Counted from the stretch's first letter, positions 37,081 through 51,270 are shown. The stretch is DNA of 64,000 nucleotides from Eukaryota sp. GEM-RC1 (GCA_040285855.1 JAUFOQ010000001.1:2418001-2482000), one strand, 5' to 3'. Translations and numbers: made by a program. The notes: generated by a model not told the origin, from the letters alone.

Positions 37081-39196
37081 ATGATCTCACACTCTGTTGA
37101 TTTCACCACAGTTGAGGAGACAGTCGGCAAATATCTTTATCATCTCCATGAGAATATAGAGTCTGGGGGATCTTCTCCAATTCCATCATACATGGCGAAT
37201 ATTTGTTTCAACTTGGTGTATCAGTACTTAGCGTGTGGATCATCTGATGATGAACACAAAGTTCGTTTGATCAATCTCCTCAAGGAGGCTCTGTCTGATT
37301 ATCTTACCACTGTTTCTAGTTACATTGCTCAATTCGAGGGCACACAAAAACTAGAAGTCCTTTCTCAAAAGTTAATACAATTCCAATCCCTCCAACCTCG
37401 ATACATTGCAACATTCGCCGCCATAGACTACGCCAACGTTGGACTCATCAACAACACCTCTGTATGCCAAATACTTCGTGCCGAGTTCTATGAGCATGTC
37501 TTTCTTCCCCTTGATGTTGACCTCAAGAACCTCTTCCTAGACTATTTGCAGTCTGAACGATTAAGCATAGACAGTGATCCTCTAGTTATCCGTTCAGTCT
37601 CTCAAGTACTAGCAGAAATGGAAACTGTACGTGAGAATACGTTTAGGGATCGATTTCTCAATCCTCTGCTATTGGATCTACGTGAGCTCTACTCTCAGAA
37701 AAGAGAAGAACTTCTTGCACTTTCCTTTAGTGAATACGTGGACAAAGCTCATCTTTATGTAACAACTGAGACCAAAACTCTTTCATGCTTTGTTCGCCTG
37801 TACGTTAATCACTTGATAGAAGTCACTTCAGTAAATGTAAATACTTCTGCCTACTCCAAACCCACTTACCAATCTCCCCATTCTGGTGGTCATGCTCAGT
37901 ACGAGGACACTTTGACCAAAGTTTTGTATGATGAATTGATATTAAAGTCTAGAGAGGTGTTGTTCGATCAACACAGAGTTAATGTAATCAAGTTGATGAC
38001 AGACAAGGACATTGTCGTTAAGAAAGTCTATGAGTTGTTTAAAGAAACTGATCGAGTTATGGGTAAATCTGAGCAATTATCTTTTCTCTCTAACATTTAT
38101 GGTTCATTTATTGAAAGTTGTTATCGTGAAGTACTGGTTAATGATTTAACTATTGATGTAGTATCGGAATTGCTTGACATTAATGAAGATACCAAGGTTA
38201 TATTGAGTTTGATCTTTATGAATGATGACGTTTTTCAAGGTGTGTTTGATACAACACACAAGAAAATGTGTGAACGACTCCCGTCTTTACCCATCGTTCT
38301 GGCTAATTACTTAAACAAACACATGAGTGGTGAATTCAATGGTCTTACAGACGCGGAAGTCTCAGCAATTCTTGAGAAATCTCGTGACTGTTTTGTCTTC
38401 TGTGTGGATAAGCTTTCCTTTGAACATCAGTATAAGACTTTACTTGCTGAACGACTTCTCAGTGGATCCTCTAAAATAGAGTACGAAAAGGTAATGGTCA
38501 ACTTGTTTAAGACTGTACTCAGTGATGAAGCGTGTTCTATATTTATGCAAATGATTAGTGATGTAGCTCTGTAGGTATTTTTCCCGGTCATTCAGTCCCT
38601 GATTTTCAATGAAGAACAATTGGAAGATCAGTCTACAACTCTAAATACATGTACATTTTAAATTTTCATTGGTTAACAAACAGTCACTTACTGTATACAG
38701 ATACGACATTGGAAGAATGCAACTGGACAACTGGAATTCTTTTTTCAACCATCTCTGAGAACTGTGGAAATCGAGTTTCATACATAAACCTCTACTTCAA
38801 AAATCCACCTACATTCTTTCTGTTTCGACTCCAATGCTATTATTCTTGATGTGATTTAATCAAAAGAAAGCGCTTAAGTATCACGATGTTGGGTCAATGA
38901 CTACTTTGCTTGATGTATTACATAGTTTGATTCCCCCATTGATTGGCCATTGAATTTTACTCAAGCATAAGTCTGCTACTTTGAATCTCAAGAACATGCA
39001 CTTTGATCCAGATTTGTTGATAGCAATGAACCCTAAGTTCTGGAACACAAGACAACGGATTTCAATTGCTCGTTTTATTCTCAAACGAATCCACCAAATT
39101 GTTGGTGCAGATGATGAAGTTGTGCTCGTTAAAGATAAGGCAATTGACTTTGGTATTATCAGGTTAATGAAGACTTCACAACTTATTACATGGTAA
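37081..39196 (+). CDS. Divergent cullin; intact ORF to 38574, C-terminal part disrupted
   Basis: Cullin homology motif DKLSFEHQYKTLLAERLLSGSSKIEYEKVMVNLFK...QMISD. Downstream fragments YILSVSTPMLLFLM*FN and DKAIDFGIIRLMKT (Nedd8-site region) carry stops and frameshifts. Confidence 0.8.
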
Positions 39197-39299
39197 TATT
39201 TTTTGGTTTTTAATGGTTCTCTACGGATTAGTCGAATTCTGTTTGCTCTCTATAGAAGCATTCCCAAGGATTTAAGTTCCATTTTTCCAAGTTGTATAT

Positions 39300-40153
39300 C
39301 AGGGATCGAAAAAAATATATTGCAATATATTTCTAGCATAAAAAATGTACAATTAATACACAGTATTGGAAAATTTGACCATTGCAATAAATAATTGCAA
39401 TATTTTGCAATATTTTGGGTAAAAATTGGTCTGTGAAAATGTAGAAAATTGAGATGTTTTGCTGAAATTTACTGACTGAAATCCAACGCTTATTTTAGTC
39501 GGTTACCCTTTCAGATACATGCATATGAACATTCATTTACTCCTTAACGTACAGTAAAGCTTGACACCTCTTCTGATCATAACGTACGCTCAGACTTCAC
39601 AACCCATCTTTCTGCTTTGCTCTTCTGTTGGTATCAATACTTATTAACTTCAATGGTTCCTGTGATGTGATGTACACACGTGTTTGAACTTTTTAGCGAT
39701 TCGTTACGTACGTATATCACGTTCATTACAGCTCCACCTACTATATGATAAGACTTCACGCTTCCTGGTACAGACTCTGGCCAGGGATCGAAAAAAATAA
39801 ATTGTATTGATGGGTGCTACTATGATTGGATCGTGTCTATATTGATAAGTAAATTAACACATGTACCAGTTTCCACAAATTTCATCCTTGAAGTTTGTGT
39901 GTGTAGATGTTGAGTGATTACAATAGTGATGTGACACCCAACTGTTTGTCCCCTTTTAACTTTTTTTGGACTTGTAGTGAACGTGCAGTAAAAGAAAGTG
40001 TTCTTATTAACAAGACTTATTGGACTAACTCTGCAGAAATCTCGGTGTGACATATTGCAATATATTGCAATAAACCGTTTGTTGCAATAAATATATTGCG
40101 CATCAAAAGACGTGCTATATTTATTGCAATATAATTTATTTTTTCGATCCCTG
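39300..40153. mobile_element. Non-autonomous hAT MITE
   Basis: TIR CAGGGATCGAAAAAAATA at both ends; perfect 8-bp TSD TTGTATAT (39292-39299, 40154-40161); extra internal left end at 39782. Confidence 0.92.
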
Positions 40154-40427
40154 TTGTATATGTATAATTCTCATGTTGATGTGGAGGAATCAACTCCTTT
40201 CATTTTCTGAATTAGTGCGTATTAATTATTGTTGCAAATATACTCTTATATATATACATGTAATATTGCTTGGTTTGAATCGTACAAACACAATACCGCT
40301 TTTCTGTATTTCATTAGAATCACTGACGGAATTATTAAAGTTTTGCTTCTCGAACTAATTTCTGAATTCACAAATTGCTTGGAGAAACGCTTGAATAGTC
40401 TCATATACGAAGAAATTGTAATCAATT

Positions 40428-41783
40428 TTATTCAACTATTTCAAGTTCATGATCACTATACCATAAGAAAGCCCAAGGATAATAATTACCACTACTTAAT
40501 CTGGGAAGAGTTCCAGTAAGATTAATTGAAGAATTACTCATAGATTTGATTGTCAAAGTGTAGTTAATTAGATTTACATTGATTTCTAGTAATTCACCAG
40601 GATTCCACTGAGCTTTGTTTCCTAAGAGACAAGTATCAAACTGATTACTACTTTCTAAACAGTGAGCATCTTCAAAACAATCACCTTCAACAATAAACTT
40701 TGACTCGTCAATTACTCCAACAACAAGACTCTGAATATTCCCCTGGTACCTCAACTTCCAAGTATACTCATTACCTGGAAGAAGTGGATCTTCTCCCAAG
40801 ATATTTCTGCTTCCATCACCACCACTTCCATCAACTCTCTTTCTATCCCCACTAACTTGTAACTGAGAATGTTTCTTAGTTGGGGAGAATCTAATCACTT
40901 TTGATTGAGGATCTGTTTGATTGTCCACTGTCTTGTTTGATTCTTCGGTTTCTTGTTGTACTTGAGGGTTGTATGATACAACAGTGGGGTTTTCTACCGT
41001 CAAATCGGAAGTTTCTTTCACTAAAGAATAGAAACCAAGATTCTTAACTCTTGTAAACAAAAACTTCATCAAATCGGCTTCCAATTCTTCAACATTTTTT
41101 AAAGGAACAAATAGAAACTCATCCCATTGTTGAAAAGAAAGAACTTCAATTGAACAAGAATTTAAAACATTTAAACAATCTTTCAAATCAAAATTTTGAT
41201 TCAGAATTGATTCCACCATTGATTTAATGAACCATGACTGTGATTGAGTGGAAGTGCAGTATTTGCAAAGTGTTTTTAACCCTTCAGTAGTGATTGCCAT
41301 CACGTCATCAATCAGAGGATCGTCAATCTTGGAAAAGAAAGGACCAACGAATTCCAGAGCTCTCAAGTCATTTCTTTCATCTACTTCTTTAATGAATGGT
41401 TTTAACCAAGCCCAGGTCAAGAGATGAGTGTTTAGGTGGTTTTCCACTTGTACGATCAGTTTGTCCACTTGGAAGTAGTGGACAAGGTAGTAGAAGTCGT
41501 AAGCATTGTTTTCATTGAGAGTGAAAGATCCTCCAAAGAAGGACTTGATGAACGCAAGAAAGTTGTTGGAATCCACAGGGAGATGGGAGAAGTCGATTGG
41601 GTTTTCGTCTCTATCACAAAACTCCAAGAACCAAAGAGACCGAAAGTAGGTAGAATGAGCAGCAAGGATGACTCTGTGTACTTCAATAGACTCTTCTCCA
41701 AATGTAATGGTTTGATTACAGAGGGAGGGTTCATCAAGAATAATAGATAGAGTTTCTGCTGTATGTAGGGAAAACGACATCAA
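40428..41783 (-). CDS. BTB/POZ + SPRY-like protein (intact, about 450 aa)
   Basis: VHRVILAAHSTYFRSLW BTB motif, helical region, low-complexity linker, then SPRY-like domain ending YYPWAFLWYSDHELEIVE. Confidence 0.9.
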   Translation of the reverse strand: MMSFSLHTAETLSIILDEPSLCNQTITFGEESIEVHRVILAAHSTYFRSLWFLEFCDRDENPIDFSHLPVDSNNFLAFIKSFFGGSFTLNENNAYDFYYLVHYFQVDKLIVQVENHLNTHLLTWAWLKPFIKEVDERNDLRALEFVGPFFSKIDDPLIDDVMAITTEGLKTLCKYCTSTQSQSWFIKSMVESILNQNFDLKDCLNVLNSCSIEVLSFQQWDEFLFVPLKNVEELEADLMKFLFTRVKNLGFYSLVKETSDLTVENPTVVSYNPQVQQETEESNKTVDNQTDPQSKVIRFSPTKKHSQLQVSGDRKRVDGSGGDGSRNILGEDPLLPGNEYTWKLRYQGNIQSLVVGVIDESKFIVEGDCFEDAHCLESSNQFDTCLLGNKAQWNPGELLEINVNLINYTLTIKSMSNSSINLTGTLPRLSSGNYYPWAFLWYSDHELEIVE

Positions 41784-43786
41784 GGCACTAATGGTAGCTT
41801 GATTAATGTGGGAAATTGCAGATCTGGAATCTGGATTACTACGTAGAAGTGTTCCTCGCTAGTACAACTAAATTTTGAGTAACCATTCATAGTAGACAAT
41901 TGGTGACATAGTCCTGCCTTTGGGGTAAAGAATATGCTTACATGCATCTATCAAGTCTAGTATCAACCGTTTAGTCGTTGTAATTGTTAAATGATGAATT
42001 GTATCAATAACAGTTGAAATCAACGTAATACTAATAAATCAAACTAAATGAAAGTTCACCATTTTAAGTTAGTTTGATTAGTACAATACGTTGTTACATC
42101 ATGAAATGACAGGATATGATACATAACTTACATATTGACTTACATTTTCATCCAATATATTCGATGCACATTTCAACTCCAGACGGTAATCACTGAGTTG
42201 AAAAGACAAAGACTCCATAGAATGAATGTTTTGACTCCTTCTTATCTCACAGTGGTTTGTGTCAGTGTTATCGAATTGACCATTGCTTAGAACTACACAT
42301 TGCAATATTTTATAACAAGTAAATTGTTTGATTTATACCCTCCTCTCTATAACTGGAATATTAAAATGATGGTACATGATGGCGTTGAGCCGTAGGAGAA
42401 GAGAAAAAACTGAAGAAATCTAAATCACATCACCAATGCAACTCGTTACCTCAAAGGGTCACATCAATATAAACTATCTCATGGCAAACGGAACTTCATT
42501 GTGCTACTTTGTTCACTGGGATTGTGTGTATTCAAATCATCTCTTACCTAATTCTATCGTTCCAGGGCATCGGGTACTAGGGTTGTTTATCAGTTCAGTT
42601 CATAAACATGGGCTGAACTGATTTACAACCTAATGGGTAAAATAGCATTAAAAAGGTCTTCTGTGAAGATTTCATCTGTTATTGGTACACAACAAAAACG
42701 ACGAACAACTGTTGTTTATTGAATTGGTTGTTATGTGCTTCAACGATCAATGGAGTATACAGTGTAATTGTGTTGTAGAGAACTATATATCAGCACAATA
42801 GTGTTACTTTTTTAGTAGTCTTACTTTTTGAAATATGGCGCTAATCTACTGTCAATCACGGTTGTTTAAGAGTGGCTAATTAGTTTAAGTTGATGATTAA
42901 TACAAGTAAGATACAAAACCAGAAGTTGATATACACATGTACACCAATTGTGGCACATAGTCTCATTGAGACTAATTCCGTAAGTCAGTTTGACTACTCT
43001 AATTTTCACCAAATAACTGTAGCCATGGTATATTAAGTGTATTGAAAAACAAACAGTGTTCTTCCAAGTTAAGAATCTCATCAACCATTAAACGTCAATT
43101 TGTTTTTCTTCACGATTTCTAAAAGATCAATGGACAACGTCCAGCAACTTCTCGAGCTAAAATATTAGAAGATGCCTTGGGCCTTAAAGTTGTGGAAGGA
43201 GCCAGAATAGGTCATTTGTTGTGGTAATGTCGGAATCATATGGTCAAGTATTGTATTAGCTTAAATTCATCACTAAAAATGTCTCGCTTACATAAAAATC
43301 GTGCTCAACCACATATATTTTTTTGTTACAGCTTTGTTATAAACAACGTGAAAATTGAAGCTCTCATATCGGAAATAGTCTCACTGATACTATTATTTAC
43401 ATCTTTACTAGATTCATCTAACAGTTCCAATAGAAAAATGCACCAACGAAAAGGGGATTACTGTAGGTACGATTTCGTTGAAATAGACTACTACGACTGT
43501 CAGCTGCTCTTCGGGTTGTGAACAATCGTCAGAGTTAGGGGTTTCATCTTCACTCTGATCACTATGAATGTTTGTTTAGATGTGAATGCAATTGATATAT
43601 ATAATTTCAAAATGATCATATATTCCGTGCATATTTTCAGGGCCAATGTTTAGTTCTTCCATTAGAGCCTTTAAAGTTCGTTCTGAAACAAGTTCCAGAA
43701 AGACATGATGCTGAAGTGTTTGGTCAGGTTAAGAGTACACACGTGTTGAGTGATTTTCGTTTTTGTTCTCATCACTGAGTCAGTCA

Positions 43787-45540
43787 ATGCTGCATACTTC
43801 TTCTGCAACTTCCGCTTCTTCTATCACGGAAAGTCCCAATAGACCAAAACATGGGATACGTTTTCAGCAATCCTTGTCTGTCTTGATCAAGATGCACTCT
43901 ATCAAACGTTTCTTTAAGTCTTGTTCCGAATTGAATGATGATGCATCTCATGAGCTTTCCCATTCCTCTAATCTTAAAACTCCTCTTTTCCTTTGTCTAC
44001 AACACTTACTGTCCCCGTTTTTTATGAATGTTGGCTATGTGAGTGTTCGATTCTTTGACTCAACGTGTCTAGCAGTCAATGTGTTTTTCCAAACAAACAC
44101 CTTTTCTGTAGTTTCTCAAGATCTTCCGTTACTATGCTCATTTGGTTCTCTTTTTGGAGCTGAAGTACAGTCTGCCTTCGTGCACAGAGATGGAATCTTT
44201 AACTTTGAAGAATTATTTAATTATTCCAATTTAATTACAGGGATGGATGTGGAAGTGAGAAATCAAAATGACTTACAATTCATTTCCAAATCTTCAATTA
44301 TTTTTCCTAATCTCAAACAGATTATTGTTCATCGTGTTGATTATTCCGTATATTTACAATTATTCAAATTGTTGAAAGAAAATATTCCTATAACCAGTAT
44401 GTCCTTGAACGGGAATTCTATAGGAGATGAAGGTGCTAGGGTATTGGCAGAGGCTTTAAAAGTTAATACCACCCTGACAAATATTGATCTTGGCGAAAAC
44501 TCCATTGGAAATGAAGGTGCTAAAGCTTTGGCAGATGCATTAACAGTTAATACTACTGTAAGAAGAATTGAGCTGTGGAACAATGATTTTGGAAATGAAG
44601 GTGCAATAGCATTGGCAGATGCGTTACGAGTTAATACAGTTTTGGCAAGTCTTGAGCTGGATGGACTCCATATTGGAGACCAAGGTGCAATAGTATTAGC
44701 AGATGTGTTGAAAGTCAACAGTGGTTTGACATTCCTCAATCTCGGGTACAACCCTATTGGAGTTGGAGTTGTTAGAGTTTTGGCAGAAGCGTTAAAAGTT
44801 AACACTACTTTGACACGTTTTGATCTGTCGGGGAGATCTATTGGAGATGAAGGTGCAGCTGCATTAGCAGATGCGTTACGAGTTAATAGTTCTGTGACAA
44901 ACATCAGTCTCGCGTACAACGGTATTGGGGTTGAAGGTGTCAGACTGTTGGCAGATATGTTAAAAGTCAATACCACACTCACCACACTGTCTCTTCGTGG
45001 GAACTCTATCTTACAAATTGTTGATATGATAACGATGCTATAATCATTTTTGGCTATGTAATTGCTAGTTCTTTTGAAACTGATTATAGTATTGACCTAA
45101 TATTTATGCTGAATGTTTGGAATTTTTGATAGATTATCGTTTTTGGGGTTCATTATTCTAATCTTTTTCCATTCATGGAATTGTTGAAAGTTAACATCGC
45201 TATTATAAATAATTATTTTCTCTATTGTTTTATAAGAGATGAAGGTGCTAGAGTTTTGGCAGATGCTTTAGTAATTAACACTACTTTAACAAATATTGAT
45301 CTAAGTCAAAACTCTATAGGAGAGGAAGGTGCCAGAGTTTTGGCAAAAGTGTTGAAGGTCAATTCGACTGTAGCAAGTATTAACCTCAGTCAAAACTGTA
45401 TAGGACCTAAAGGTGTAAGAATATTGACGGCGTTTAAGGTTAACGTGCTCAATTATAGGAATCAACATCACGTCCACTGTCTTAGAGAAACTTGGTCTTC
45501 GACACATTTCGTAAAGTATTGTAACCGCATCAGTAGATGA
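43787..45540 (+). pseudogene. NLRC3/ribonuclease-inhibitor-type LRR protein (family B), disrupted 3' part
   Basis: 28-aa repeats NSIGDEGARVLAEALKVNTTLTNIDL; ORF ends at 45043 and degenerate repeats resume at 45175-45540. Confidence 0.85.
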
Positions 45541-47034
45541 TGTTCCATTCCGTACACTACACGTGAGTGATCCCACAACCTTTGTTAGGGATAAAAACTT
45601 GTATGAAGTCTAAAGCGGTTGTGTGTCATTTTAATTACTTTTATTCGTCTTTAAAGATGTACAATTGTACTCTCTTCAGTGCAAGTGTTGCCAGTTATAC
45701 ACATTGTACTGAAAATTGTCACTAGATACTCGTTAAATGCGGGTGAAATAAAGTTGAAAGAACTGAGAAATGAAACGAGGATTACGTGCCGGAACAACAA
45801 ATGTTGGTGAAATGTTATTTAAATGTAGTTTGTTTCATAAACAATGTTAAAACTTTGTTGTTTTTGATTGTCCTATCGAATTTCTGTATGATAAGTTGCT
45901 CAAAGTGTGAACGAACATTTGGTGAGAATGTGGATGAATCATACAATTATTCAGAACGGATTTAGCACATCCTGAATGAAAATCACAATGGAACAGACAC
46001 GAATATAATGTTTGAAAAAAAGTATTGTGTTAGTAAGATATTAATTTGCTCGTTTTGTCCTCAACAGCCGCAGAAACCTATTATACTACGTTTTACTGTC
46101 ACTTGAATGAATTGAATGAAGAAACATAATCCACATTTGTGTCTACTTTTTCGTGTTTCTCCCTTTCCCTTCACGTCATTGGTCCTTAGCACCGGGTGGT
46201 TATTATGTTTGAAATAAATAACGGTATTGGGATTGGCATTGATCAAAATAAGACCATCTGTATTTCTTGTTTGGTGGAGAAAATTTTAAATTTTATTGGA
46301 AAAGTTTTTATTGATAAAGAAATGCTACTGCCAGAAAGCGATAAAGTTGTTTTCGATTTAGTTTGTATGTTTTTAATTTGATTAACACGTGCAGTAATTA
46401 GCAGCAATGTTTCCATTTCAGTGTCGATTGATTTGTATACATATTGTAAAGTCAAATAGATTGTTCCGAAAACATAAAGTCATATACTGCTACTGAAACG
46501 TGTATTGAGCACTTTTTGCACGAACAGAAGTGAATGCTTCAATACGTAAAACCGACGCTTTGTTTGCCTATTGTTTCCCAGGGTAGTAAAGAGGATTCTC
46601 TCGGTGGGTTAGATTTGGGGGATATGGGTGTTCCCAAAAACCGATGGCTGAAAATTTGATTTATGTTAATTTAGTGATTTTAATCTATTATTCCGTTCTA
46701 TTGGAAAATTTTTAATAATCGCTTTGTATGCATAATCGAATTCGAGTAATATACATGTACTACTACTATGTGTGATGTACACTTTTCACAACACACAAAC
46801 AAATCCTTCAATATTGAAAGCCAACAAATATAAAATGAGCTGAAATGAATGAAAGTGACAAAAATACATATCACAATAGAGCCAACAAAACGTTCTTGTG
46901 TTCAAGAAGGCACAGTAGTTGACGAAGAATAGTTCCATTTCCAGCATAGATGTTTTTAAACCATGACAGTGACATATCGAAGGTAAGTTTGATGACTGCA
47001 TTAGTGATTAGAGCCTGGATCGAAAAAAATTTAC

Positions 47035-48885
47035 ATGAACAAACCAACCCATTCCCTCAAAGATTCAGGTCAAGATGAACGATCTGATGCCCAGTCAATA
47101 AACAAGTTTGCTCAACTGAAGTGTATCTCAAAACCGTTCGTTCCTAAATCAAATGGGAAGTCAATGCTGTCTTCCTCTGTATCTCCTCCAACTTCCGCTT
47201 CTTCTATCACGGCAAACCTGAAGGAAACAAAACATGGGATACATTTTCAGGAATCCTTGTTAGTCTTGATCAATATGCACTCGATCAAACATATCTTTAA
47301 GTCTTGTTCCGAATTGAATGATGATGAAACATGTCTTCTTCTAGAAGCATCTAAGTATTACACTCCTCTTTTCCTTTGTCTACAGCACTTACTACCCCCC
47401 TTTTTTACGAATGTTGGCTATGTGAGTCATCGATTCTTTGAATCAACGAAACTAGCAGTCAAAATGTTTTTCCAAACAAACACCTTTTCTGTCGTTTCTC
47501 AAGATCTTCCGTTACTATGCTCATTTGGATCTCTCTTTGGAGCTGAAGTACCGTCTGCGTTCGTGTACAGAAATAAAATTTTAAACTCTGAGGAATTACT
47601 TAATTATTCCAATTTAATTACGGGATTAGATGCGGATGTAATAGACCACGATGACTTATAATTCCTTTCCAAATCGTCTATCTTTTTACCACGTCTCAAA
47701 CACATCAGTCTTCGTGGTGTTCAATCTTCATTTGTTATACCATTGATCGGATTGTTGAAAAATAATATCACGATAACAAGGATCGACTTTGGTGATCGGT
47801 CTATTGGAGTAGAAGGTGTGAGATTTCTTGCAGAAGTGTTGAAAGTCAATACTACTGTGACAACTGTTGGGCTGGCTGAAAACTCTATTGGAGGTGAAAG
47901 TTTCAAAGTATTTGTAGATACGTTAAAAGTCAATACCTTTGTGACATGTATTGATCTATATGACAACTCTATTGGAGTAGAAGGTGTTAGATTATTGTCA
48001 GATGTGTTGAAAGTCAATACCACTTTGACAATCATTAATCTTGGGTTTAATTCTATTGGAGATGAAGGTGTTAGACACTTTGCAGATATGTTAAAAGCTA
48101 ATACCACTTTGACAAGTATTAATCTTGGGTTTAATTCTATTAGAGTTGAAGGTGTTAAACACTTGGCAGATCTGTTCAAAGCTAATACCACTTTGACAAG
48201 TATTGATCTGTGTGGAAACTGCATTGGAGATGAAGGTGTTAAACACTTGGTAGATGTGTTAAAAGCTAATACCTCTTTGACAAGTATTAATCTTGGGTTT
48301 AATTCTATTAGAGTTGAAGGTGTTAAACACTTGGCAGATCTGTTCAAAGCTAATACCACTTTGACAAGTATTGATCTGTGTGGAAACTGCATTGGAGATG
48401 AAGGTGTTAAACACTTGGTAGATGTGTTAAAAGCTAATACCACTTTGACAAGTCTTAGTCTTGGGCATGAAACTATTGGAGATGAAGGAATCAGAGTTTT
48501 GATGGATTTGTTAACAGTTAATAATAGTGTGACAAGTATTGTTTTGTGTGGAAACTCTATTGGAAATCAAGGTGTTCAAATGCTGGCCGATATGTTGAAA
48601 GTGAATACTAAACTAACAACACTATCCCTTTGGGACAACTGTCTTACTGATGGAGATTGTGAAGTATTGGCAGAAGCATTAAAAATTAATACAACATTGA
48701 CAACAATTGATCTAGCAGATAACGGCTCTATCGGATATGAAGGTGCTAAATTCTTGGTAGATGCGTCAAATGTAAACAATACAATGGAGTGTATTAATCT
48801 GGAAGAAACCTCTCTTCGTGATGAAGGTGTTACAGCATTATTAGATGCGCTCCAAAGAAATCCATTCTTAAAATTGAAGTATTAG
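47035..48885 (+). pseudogene. NLRC3-type LRR protein (family B) with one in-frame nonsense codon
   Basis: About 13 28-aa LRRs; TAA at 47659-47661 aligns with CAA in the 43787 paralog and the downstream ORF is in the same frame. Confidence 0.85.
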
Positions 48886-50059
48886 CGTTTGTTATTTTGT
48901 TCGTATAAATTCTCTTAGTTTATAAATACAATCAACATTTATTTCTCTTAGTGAGCATTTCTGTTTTTTTACTAAAGATTTAATCAAACCTCAAGAATGA
49001 CCGAGATGAGACGTGATTTGCCAGTAATATTCATAGAGGTTCAATTTGTCTGATGCCACAAGATACTTGTTAAATTCAGTTTTCAAACTGAGATATATAG
49101 TTGAAGAGATCATGAACATATAGATGTTCCAAATTAATGTCACTTATTTACCAGTATTGTTCAAACTTAAATTAATGTCACTGACATTAAGTTGGAAGTG
49201 ATATTAAGTTTGAAGCAGGGATGCCAGAATATTTATATTTAAATAAATTATTGTTCACGACGAAAATATATTTAGTGTTATTGATGTGGCCAACAGTAAA
49301 TATATTGGTATTGACGAATTTGACAATAAATAAATAGATATTTTGTCAATATTTATACGTAATCCGATTACTTCATATTTTGTCGACTATTCGAAATCAT
49401 GCATAAACACAAATTTAAAGTGCACAAATCATGTCAGGAGTAAGTTGTAAGTATTTTGCAAACATTATCTTCATATATTAGCGCTATGCCTCAATAAACG
49501 TTGTGTTTCCAGATTTGATGAATGTAGTCTTGTGCAAAGGGTTTCAGTAGTCAACTTAGCACGACTAAACAATCTTTCAACCGGATTGGATGTACCTGAC
49601 TGAAAAGTAACAGTCATGGAGTGAGATTTGGTTTCATGGGATTCACTGACTTTGATCAAAGAATCTACTAATATTAGTAGAATGTAGAGACTATATTCTG
49701 TACCTAATAAGGTAACCTTCCTAGACAACTATGAAATTGCAAAAACATTCAAATAATCAAACTAAATGTTGTATTCTGTCAGATTACAAAAGTATGTCAC
49801 TGAATGTTTTTCACTTTTGGACAACATTTGATCATTGCCGTTTAAAATTTTAACTATCACATTGTAAAGGTCAAACAATGAACAATTGGGCACAAACAAA
49901 AAGTTTTCAGTTTAGATTGTTGGTTAATACATTGAAAGTTCATCAAACGACTACCGTAACCACAAGTCATCGTTTTTACTCCAGAATGGATGCTTGATTA
50001 TAACAACAAGCAAGTGATGAAATTATTGCCACAATATACAATATAGTTTGTAGTCATCG

Positions 50060-50530
50060 TCGCATTGCAGCTTTTAGACATGTAGTTAATTGCCCCAAAT
50101 TTATTCAATTTCGTTCAGTTCTTCGTAATGCTGTCAGAGATGTTATATTTGAAATGTTCAACGCTCATGGATTTCAAGCCAAGGTTGAACCATTATTTAG
50201 TAAGTTGGGTCTTGCTTTAATTAATAGTTCTCGTCGAGGTGACTTACATGGTCCTTTCATTGATTCAAATTATCCTTGATGTTACAACAGTAGATTCATT
50301 TGTTCAAACTTATGTTAATGACCTAAGTGCAATAGGTTTCGGTCACCTAGAAACAGCTGGGAAAAACGTAAATTGATTTGTATTCCAAAGATGTTCCTAA
50401 ACTCAATCAAAATTTATATTCAAAATTAATATTTGCTGTTTTTATTACTAGTTGTATTGGTGAATTGGCTTCTAACTTTTCAAGTGATTTTGGATCTATG
50501 TTAAGTCTCAGAATAAGAGATTTAACTTAT
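50060..50530 (+). mobile_element. Non-LTR retrotransposon 3' fragment (restriction-like endonuclease domain)
   Basis: HVVNCPKF..RSVLRNAVRDVIFEM..KVEPLF..RRGDL..LDVTTVD matches the RHN-EP-RxD-DVT order of RLE-LINEs. Confidence 0.7.
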
Positions 50531-50814
50531 CAGTTTAGGATAACCGTTTGATTGTTCTTTGCTCCATTCGATGCCTAAGTTTTTTAAATCAATTTTCACA
50601 AAGTTGTATAAAAACTGTGGTACTGTTGACCGGGAATTTTCGGTGTCTAATGTTTCATAGCTTTTATTACGACATGTATTTTTGTACCCTTCATCAATAA
50701 ACCGGTTTTTTGTACACAATATTAGTGCTATAATATTGTTAATTTCTGGGACTCACAATACTAGTATATTTATTGTTATTGTTTTGACCAGCAATACATA
50801 ATAATTAATTAATT

Positions 50815-51270
50815 ACACGTTTGTAATGATTCCAACAAGAAACTTGCAAAATCTGATGCTAAAAATTCTTGTTGATTGGTGAAAAATTTAAAATGCAAAA
50901 ATATTGTGCTGAATTGAAATTATTGAATTCGGTTTCACAATCGAATTACTTGTTGTACCCTTTCGTATTTTCACTGTACAATTCTTTAGGTGAATCTGCA
51001 TTATCATTACTTGAAGTCTTTGTGAAGATTGTGAAAGAAAAAACATCTAGGACTTTTGATCTTAGATTTTGGCAAAATTGAATCGTGTTTGCTATCTTTA
51101 AAGGTATGGTGACTTCTGTATCTAGCGCTTTATTATCTCTTGGCAGACATTATGAGGATAAGGTAGGTGAAAATTTCCAGTTAGGCAGTCTGAACTTTGA
51201 GGATATTGATTATTAGATGTATGTACACTGTAGTGTTGTTGTCAATAAAGTTTAAATCTGTAAAAAACAA
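50815..51270 (+). mobile_element. Second RLE-LINE 3' fragment with short A tail
   Basis: EKFKMQKY..YPFVFSLYNSLGESALSLL..FWQN*IVFAIFKG, followed by AATAAA and an A-run. Confidence 0.65.

Noticed and set aside
46060..46560. Possible MULE/SWIM transposase remnant (Cys/His clusters on the minus strand)
   Set aside because: Too degenerate to support without a profile search.
47659..47661. TAA/TAG reassigned to glutamine (TAA aligns with CAA in a paralog)
   Set aside because: Conserved genes end at the expected positions with TAA (iPGM, AK), TAG (EB1) and TGA (cyclin H), and long ORFs have no internal TAR codons.
44341..48779. Long minus-strand ORFs at 44341-44985, 47721-48443 and 48576-48779
   Set aside because: Antisense shadows of the LRR repeats.
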